NCBI GenBank assembly: GCA_944392415.1
Contig: CALXWN010000001.1
Coordinates: 1 to 40,222, forward strand
DNA: 40,222 nucleotides
Source of the DNA: an uncultured Clostridia bacterium
GTDB lineage: Bacteria; Bacillota; Clostridia; TANB77; CAG-508
Direction: 5' to 3'
Shown piece after piece: positions 34,998-40,222 of the stretch. The notes below the pieces were generated by a model, which was given only the letters and a program-made list of their open reading frames with translations, did not search any database and was not told the DNA's origin. Positions within the stretch are counted from its first letter, which is position 1. Every line of letters begins with the position of its first letter. Made by a program: the position numbers and the translations under genes.

Positions 34998-35424
34998 ATG
35001 ATTAACTCAAATAATGCAATAGAAAAGGTAAATATAGTAAAAGGAACAAAGACAGGAATTAATAACGTAACATGGTATAGAATGTATGCACAACAAGAAA
35101 TATATTCACAGCAAGCATTACAAAAAAGTACAAATATAAAAAGTAGCATGATGTGGGGAAGTCAGTGGAGTCAAATTCTTATATGGATGAAAAATATAAG
35201 AAACGAGAAAAAAGACTCTTATTATGTAACAAACTAAAAATATATATGATTTAGCGGGAAATGTAACTGAGTGGATTTTTGAAGTGTCCGATTCATTTTT
35301 TAGAGTTAAATGCGGAGGTCATTATTATAATACTGTTAATTCGCAGACTAAAGCATCTGCCCGTTCAAATAACCCTCCTGATATGAGTAATGATGACAAT
35401 GGTTCACGAATGACACTTTATTAA
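34998..35424 (+). pseudogene. remnant of an FGE-sulfatase/SUMF1-like domain gene, frame broken near 35230-35237
   Basis: Frame A reads ..GINNVTWYRMYAQ...SSMMWGSQWSQILIWM...YYVTN* (stop at 35235-35237). The next frame continues as KNIYDLAGNVTEWIFEVSDSFFRVKCGGHYY...SARSNNPP...DNGSRMTLY* (stop at 35422-35424), which matches the GNV.EW...RV.RGG...R...P...G.R pattern. No credible RBS or start. Confidence 0.45.
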
Positions 35425-35450
35425 TTTATGATATAAAGCCGTCTTGAAAA

Positions 35451-35494
35451 ACACCTTCTAAAAACATCTAAAAAAATGTTGTTTTGGGAGGTGT
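35451..35494. terminator. imperfect long hairpin between the FGE remnant and the crp-like gene stop
   Basis: ACACCTTCTAAAAACAT-ctaaaaaa-ATGTTGTTTTGGGAGGTGT (G-U pairs and a bulge), 12 nt from the TAG stop (35506-35508) of the minus-strand regulator. Confidence 0.4.
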
Positions 35495-35505
35495 ACTCAA
35501 AACAG

Positions 35506-36156
35506 CTATATCAAATTAATACTCTTAGCATTTAGTAAAGTAATTTTTCTACCGTTAATTTCAATAAAATGCTCATCTTTCAAGCTTTTAAGCTCTCTAA
35601 ACATAGCGGACCTATTTACAGCAAGATAGTCAGCTAAATCTTTAAAAGAAAAGGGTAAATAAAAATAATTCAAACGACTTTTTCTATATTCAATGTCAAA
35701 ATATTCAAGTAATTTATCACGAATCTGTTTTTTTTCTAAAATTTTAATTCTTTCATTTGTTTCTTTATATTTAGAATTTATAATATCAAATAAATTGCTA
35801 AAAAACACATTAAAATATTTATATTTTAAGTTTTCTGGATTCATAAGTTCTTTATAATCAATAACTAAAATTTTTGTAGGCTCTTTTGCAAAAATATGAT
35901 AATTTTCACTATTCGTGGCAGAAATATTGCTTCCAAAAATACTATCTTTGCTTAGATTTTCCATTAAAATTTCATTTCCATTATAGTCACTGTTTATTAT
36001 TTGAGCAGAGCCCTCTAAAATAATGGCATAAATATTCTCGTTTTTAATTGTTGGCAAAATTTCCTCGCCTTTATGAAATGTATAAATATGAACACCTAAT
36101 AAGTTATATAATTTATCGATTTGAACTTTAGATAAATTAAAAAATGGACTTTTCAA
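35506..36156 (-). CDS. Crp/Fnr family transcriptional regulator
   Basis: TTG start at 36156, 9 nt after GGGGAGGG. cNMP-binding-like N-terminal domain and a C-terminal HTH (DLADYLAVNRSAMFRELKSLKDEHFI). No N-terminal Cys cluster, so it is not a classical Fnr. Confidence 0.8.
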   Translation of the reverse strand: MKSPFFNLSKVQIDKLYNLLGVHIYTFHKGEEILPTIKNENIYAIILEGSAQIINSDYNGNEILMENLSKDSIFGSNISATNSENYHIFAKEPTKILVIDYKELMNPENLKYKYFNVFFSNLFDIINSKYKETNERIKILEKKQIRDKLLEYFDIEYRKSRLNYFYLPFSFKDLADYLAVNRSAMFRELKSLKDEHFIEINGRKITLLNAKSINLI

Positions 36157-36498
36157 ATTTTTATACCCTCCCCAATAAATCTATAAATTTTGCACATTTC
36201 TGACCTTTTAAAGGTTGGTTTTACAAAGTATAAAGGTTAAATTTTATAATTAATTTTAATTATTACAAAATTGTAATAAAAAATTTGTAAAAAAATGTAC
36301 CAAAAAAATAACCTTGAAAAATACACAAAAAATGTATGTTATACATAATAGCTAACCCTAAAAGTTATTTTTTACCGCAAAATAAATATATGGCAAACCG
36401 CTAAACGTAAGCAAATATTAGCATATACTAAAAATCTAAAACAATATTAGCACAAAAATAAAAAAGGTGCAAGTGCAACTTTTATATTTCCGGAATTA

Positions 36499-36533
36499 TT
36501 GATATAAAATTTATAAATTAAATTTTATATCAA
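36499..36533. promoter_or_regulatory. perfect 15-bp-arm inverted repeat upstream of nrdD
   Basis: TTGATATAAAATTTA-taaat-TAAATTTTATATCAA, ending 64 nt before ATG 36598. Confidence 0.4.
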
Positions 36534-36597
36534 TATTAGGTAATACAAACTAATAAAAAATTAAGACATTACCAAAAGAGACAAAGGAGGAAGCAAA

Positions 36598-38787
36598 ATG
36601 AAAATAGTAAAAAGGGATGGTCATATAGTAGATTACGACCCACAAAAAATCAGAATAGCAATAGGAAAAGCAAATAATGAAGTAAGGGGAAAAGAAAAGG
36701 TTTCAAAGGAGCAAATTGATGAAGTAATCAAATACATTGAAGAGCTAAACAAAAAAAGGATATTAGTTGAAGATATACAAGATATAATTGAAGAAAAATT
36801 AATGTCTTATGGAAAATATACCTTAGCTAAAAAATATATCACATACAGATATACTAGAGAATTAGTTAGAAAAGCTAACACAACAGATAAATCAATCAAA
36901 GAATTAATCGAAGGCGAAAACGAATACTGGAATAGTGAAAACTCTAATAAAAATGCAGAAGTAGTAACAACACAAAGAGATTATTTAGCAGGTATTACTA
37001 GTACAGATATAACAAGAAGATTTTTACTTCCAGAAGATATAGTAGAAGCTCATGACAGAGGAATAATTCACTTCCATGATGCAGACTATTTCGCACAAAA
37101 TGCTTTGCATAATTGTGAATTAATCAACTTAGATGATATGTTACAAAATGGTACTGTTATAAATGGAGTAATGATAGAAAAACCACATAGATTTATTACT
37201 GCTGCAACAATTGCAACTCAAATAATATTAGCAGTTACATCATCAAGCTATGGTGGTGCAACAGTATCACTTACACACTTAGCACCATTCGTAAGATTAA
37301 GCTATGAAAAATATTTGAAAAAATACCAATCAAGAAACTTAAGTAAAAAAGATTGCGAAAAATTTGCAATGCAAGATACAAGAAAAGAAGTAGAAGATGG
37401 TGTTCAAACATTCAATTATCAAGTGAATTCTATGACAAATACAAATGGACAAGCACCATTCCTATCAGTATGTATGTACTTAGGCGAGACAGAAGAATAT
37501 AAAGAAGAATTGGCAATGATAATAGAAGAATTCCTAAAACAAAGAATATTAGGATTCAAAAACGAAAAAGGTGTATACATAACACCAGCATTCCCAAAAC
37601 TACTATATGTTCTAGAAGAAGACAACATTCATGAAGATAGCAAGTACTGGTATTTAACAAAACTTGCAGCAGAATGTACAGCAAAAAGAATGGTTCCTGA
37701 CTATATCTCTGAAAAAGTAATGAAAGAATTAAAGAAAAATGAGTTAGGAAATGGCGAATGCTATCCATGTATGGGATGTAGGTCATTCTTAACGCCAGAT
37801 AGAACAATGAGTTTAGGAAATATAGCTCACGCTAAAAACTATGTTGAAGGAAAAGGTAAATATTACGGAAGATTCAATCAAGGTGTTGTAACAATCAACT
37901 TACCAGATGTTGCCCTTTCAGCAGATGGAGATATGGATAAATTCTGGAAAATATTTGATGAAAGACTAGAATTATGCCATAGAGCATTACAAATAAGACA
38001 TAAGAGATTAAGCAATGCAACAAGTGATGTAGCTCCAATATTATGGCAACATGGAGCTTTAGCAAGACTAAAGAAAGGCGAATCAATACACGAATTATTA
38101 CATCATGGATATTCAACAATATCATTAGGATATGCCGGCCTTTATGAATGTGTAAAAGTAATGACAGGACATTCACATACAGATAATGGAGAAGGAAAAG
38201 AATTTGGACTAAAAGTAATGCAACACTTAAATGATGCAACAGCAAAATGGAAAGCTGAAGAAGATATAGACTACTCAGTTTATGGCACACCAATAGAATC
38301 AACAACATATAAATTTGCAAAATGCTTAAAAGAAAGGTTTGGAACAATCAAAGGAATAACAGATAGAGGATATGTAACAAATTCATATCATGTTCCAGTA
38401 TTTGAAGAAATAGATGCATTCTCTAAATTAAAACTAGAAAGTGAATTCCAAAGATTAAGTCCAGGTGGAGCAATTTCATACATAGAAACGCCAAATCTAC
38501 AAAATAACTTAGATGCAGTACTTGAAGTAATTCAATTCATCTACGATAACATTATGTATGCAGAATTAAATACAAAGTCAGATTACTGCCAAAAATGTGG
38601 ATATACAGGTGAAATTTTAATAGATGATAACCTAGAATGGTATTGCCCAAACTGTGGAAATAGAGACCACAATACATTAAATGTAGCAAGACGTACTTGC
38701 GGATACATAGGAACAAATTTCTGGAATAAAGGAAGAACTCAAGAAATAAAAGAAAGAGTATTACACTTAGATAATAAAAATGCGTAA
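36598..38787 (+). CDS. nrdD: anaerobic ribonucleoside-triphosphate reductase (class III)
   Basis: RBS AAGGAGG. N-terminal ATP-cone (MKIVKRDGHIVDYDPQKIRIAIGKA). C-terminal Zn ribbon CQKCGY..CPNCG and glycyl-radical motif RRTCGYIG. Confidence 0.95.
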   Translation: MKIVKRDGHIVDYDPQKIRIAIGKANNEVRGKEKVSKEQIDEVIKYIEELNKKRILVEDIQDIIEEKLMSYGKYTLAKKYITYRYTRELVRKANTTDKSIKELIEGENEYWNSENSNKNAEVVTTQRDYLAGITSTDITRRFLLPEDIVEAHDRGIIHFHDADYFAQNALHNCELINLDDMLQNGTVINGVMIEKPHRFITAATIATQIILAVTSSSYGGATVSLTHLAPFVRLSYEKYLKKYQSRNLSKKDCEKFAMQDTRKEVEDGVQTFNYQVNSMTNTNGQAPFLSVCMYLGETEEYKEELAMIIEEFLKQRILGFKNEKGVYITPAFPKLLYVLEEDNIHEDSKYWYLTKLAAECTAKRMVPDYISEKVMKELKKNELGNGECYPCMGCRSFLTPDRTMSLGNIAHAKNYVEGKGKYYGRFNQGVVTINLPDVALSADGDMDKFWKIFDERLELCHRALQIRHKRLSNATSDVAPILWQHGALARLKKGESIHELLHHGYSTISLGYAGLYECVKVMTGHSHTDNGEGKEFGLKVMQHLNDATAKWKAEEDIDYSVYGTPIESTTYKFAKCLKERFGTIKGITDRGYVTNSYHVPVFEEIDAFSKLKLESEFQRLSPGGAISYIETPNLQNNLDAVLEVIQFIYDNIMYAELNTKSDYCQKCGYTGEILIDDNLEWYCPNCGNRDHNTLNVARRTCGYIGTNFWNKGRTQEIKERVLHLDNKNA

Positions 38788-38912
38788 AGAACGTAAAAAA
38801 TAAATGCTAAAATGAATTAATTTGCTAAATAAGATATAAATACTAAAAAGATTAATATACTAAATTTTAAAACAATTTTATCAAAATGAATAAGACAAAA
38901 GGGGCGAAATAA

Positions 38913-39401
38913 ATGAGATACAATTTAATAAGAAAAATGGATATATCAAATGGACCAGGAGTAAGAGTATCAATATTTATGCAAGGATGTAGTTTTCACT
39001 GCAAAAATTGCTTTAATCCGGAAACTTGGGACTTCGAAGGAGGACAAGAATTCACAGAAGATACTATAAATAAAGTATTAGAATTAAGTGATAAAAAAGA
39101 AGTAAAAGGTTTATCTATATTAGGTGGGGAGCCAATGCACCCTACCAATATAGAAGGAACAACAAAACTTGCAAAAGCTTTTAAGGAAAAATATCCAGAA
39201 AAAAATATTTGGGCATGGTCAGGTTTTAAATATGAAGATATAAAAAATAATGATGTATTTAACTATATTGATGTATTAGTTGATGGTCAATATAAGGACG
39301 AATTACATGACCCAACTCTAAAATGGAGAGGTTCTTCAAATCAAAGAGTTATAGATATTAAAGAAAGTAAAAAGCAAAATAAGGTATGTGAATTAAAATA
39401 A
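38913..39401 (+). CDS. nrdG: anaerobic ribonucleotide reductase activating protein (radical SAM)
   Basis: DISNGPGVRVSIFMQGCSFHCKNCFN (CxxxCxxC). 162 aa. RBS AAGGGG. Confidence 0.9.
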   Translation: MRYNLIRKMDISNGPGVRVSIFMQGCSFHCKNCFNPETWDFEGGQEFTEDTINKVLELSDKKEVKGLSILGGEPMHPTNIEGTTKLAKAFKEKYPEKNIWAWSGFKYEDIKNNDVFNYIDVLVDGQYKDELHDPTLKWRGSSNQRVIDIKESKKQNKVCELK

Positions 39402-39411
39402 ATTGTTAAAA

Positions 39412-39522
39412 AAGCTCAATATACATTCTTTCCCATTTCACGGCGGAGCCACCGCCGCACGTCTCACTCCGCTCATTAGTCGCCTGCGTTCGACTGAAAT
39501 GTCAAGAACATATATTGAGCTT
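39412..39522 (+). other. GC-rich structured element in the nrdG 3' region, closed by 19-nt AT-rich inverted arms
   Basis: Arms AAGCTCAATATACATTCTT (39412-39430) and AAGAACATATATTGAGCTT (39504-39522), 17/19 complementary. The core has 33/60 G+C in 39421-39480, with nested helices CATTTCA/TGAAATG, CGGCGG/CCGCCG and AGTCG/CGACT. Confidence 0.5.
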
Positions 39523-39544
39523 ATTATTTCTAATTAAACTAAAG

Positions 39545-39593
39545 GTAAACCAATTGTTTAGAAAACTAAACCGATTATTGGTTTACTTTTTTT
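39545..39593 (+). terminator. intrinsic terminator (probable true end of the nrdDG transcript)
   Basis: GTAAACCAAT...ATTGGTTTAC, a 10-bp perfect stem with an inner GTTTAG-aaaa-CTAAAC helix, followed by T7 (39587-39593). Confidence 0.65.
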
Positions 39594-39717
39594 ATTAAAA
39601 ATATTAAAATTAAACAAAATTCTTAACAAGTATTTGAGATAAAATATTTGATAATAAAAAGGCAAGTTCATTAAAAAAGGTTCAAAAATTATGAGTGCCT
39701 TGGAAAGGAAAAGTTTT

Positions 39718-40113
39718 ATGAAAAGTATAGGAGAAACAATTGCAAATTTAAGAAAACAGAAGGGAATGACACAAAGTGAATTAGCGGAAAAGATGAATGT
39801 TACAGATAAAGCTGTTTCAAAATGGGAAAGAGATTTATCTTGTCCAGATATAAATACAATATCTAAATTGGCAGATGTACTAGACGTTTCAGTTGAAGAA
39901 TTGCTTAAAACTAAAAAACAAGATTATTCTAATAATAAAATTAAAGACTTAATTAATTTAATTTTAAAAGCGGTAGCTATTGCAATGGGAATTGGAGTTG
40001 TGGTATTAAATATATTGGACAAAATAGAAATAAAAGCATCTATAATAATACTAGGAATAGGAATGTTCTGCATAGGATTATATTTATTAGATAGTAATGA
40101 AAAAGAAAGTTAA
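39718..40113 (+). CDS. Xre-family HTH regulator with C-terminal transmembrane anchor
   Basis: ORF 39691..40113. ATG 39718 is preferred (GAAAGGA upstream; typical M..IGE.I..LR...G.TQ.ELA start). HTH GMTQSELAEKMNVTDKAVSKWERD. C-terminal TM helices AVAIAMGIGVVVLNIL and IIILGIGMFCIGLYLL. Confidence 0.75.
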   Translation: MKSIGETIANLRKQKGMTQSELAEKMNVTDKAVSKWERDLSCPDINTISKLADVLDVSVEELLKTKKQDYSNNKIKDLINLILKAVAIAMGIGVVVLNILDKIEIKASIIILGIGMFCIGLYLLDSNEKES

Positions 40114-40117
40114 AGAG

Positions 40118-40144
40118 AATCCTTCACTAAATGAAGGATTTTTT
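40118..40144 (+). terminator. intrinsic terminator
   Basis: AATCCTTCA-ctaaa-TGAAGGATT followed by TTTT. Confidence 0.65.
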
Positions 40145-40222
40145 ATATAATAGGAAAGTTATCAAGGTTTGAAAACAAAGAATGTTTACATAAACACAAA
40201 TAACAAATACAAGAAAACTACC

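Overview
A 40.2-kb window from a very AT-rich, Gram-positive (Clostridia/Firmicutes-like) chromosome, with AGGAGG-type RBSs, TTGACA-17-TATAAT promoters and hairpin+T-run terminators. Left to right: a VanW/G5 protein; a HepT-MntA toxin-antitoxin pair beside tRNA-Lys(CUU); two small membrane proteins; an HTH + TPR-like repeat protein followed by a frameshifted Mbeg1-like (DUF2974) hydrolase; CorA; a YbiT-type ABC-F ATPase with one degenerate ATP site; and a compositionally foreign 67-codon gene cassette. Next is a minus-strand block of response regulator (REC + HD-GYP), multi-TM sensor kinase and a 2450-codon bimodular NRPS (C-A-T-C-A-T-R), with a divergent acyl-CoA ligase and a large membrane protein. 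Then come a pyrimidine operon (pyrB, frameshifted pyrI, pyrF, pyrK, pyrD) with a divergent atypical PyrE-like gene; a zinc-ribbon ORF; and a DUF4143 AAA ATPase preceded by 33-bp-phased direct repeats. After that lie a ~550-nt ORF-poor stretch and a 128-codon orphan next to tRNA-Arg(ACG); a Qnr/MfpA-like pentapeptide protein; a Dabb protein; two gene remnants; a Crp/Fnr regulator; nrdD-nrdG; and a membrane-anchored Xre regulator. I saw no rRNA, CRISPR array, transposase or integrase. The best candidate for something new is the reductase-terminated NRPS cluster, which is physically linked to a c-di-GMP-type two-component system. Secondary candidates are the self-contained GC-rich mini-cassettes and the phased repeat arrays. 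Four reading-frame breaks sit in short A-runs, so homopolymer sequencing error must be excluded before any biological interpretation.
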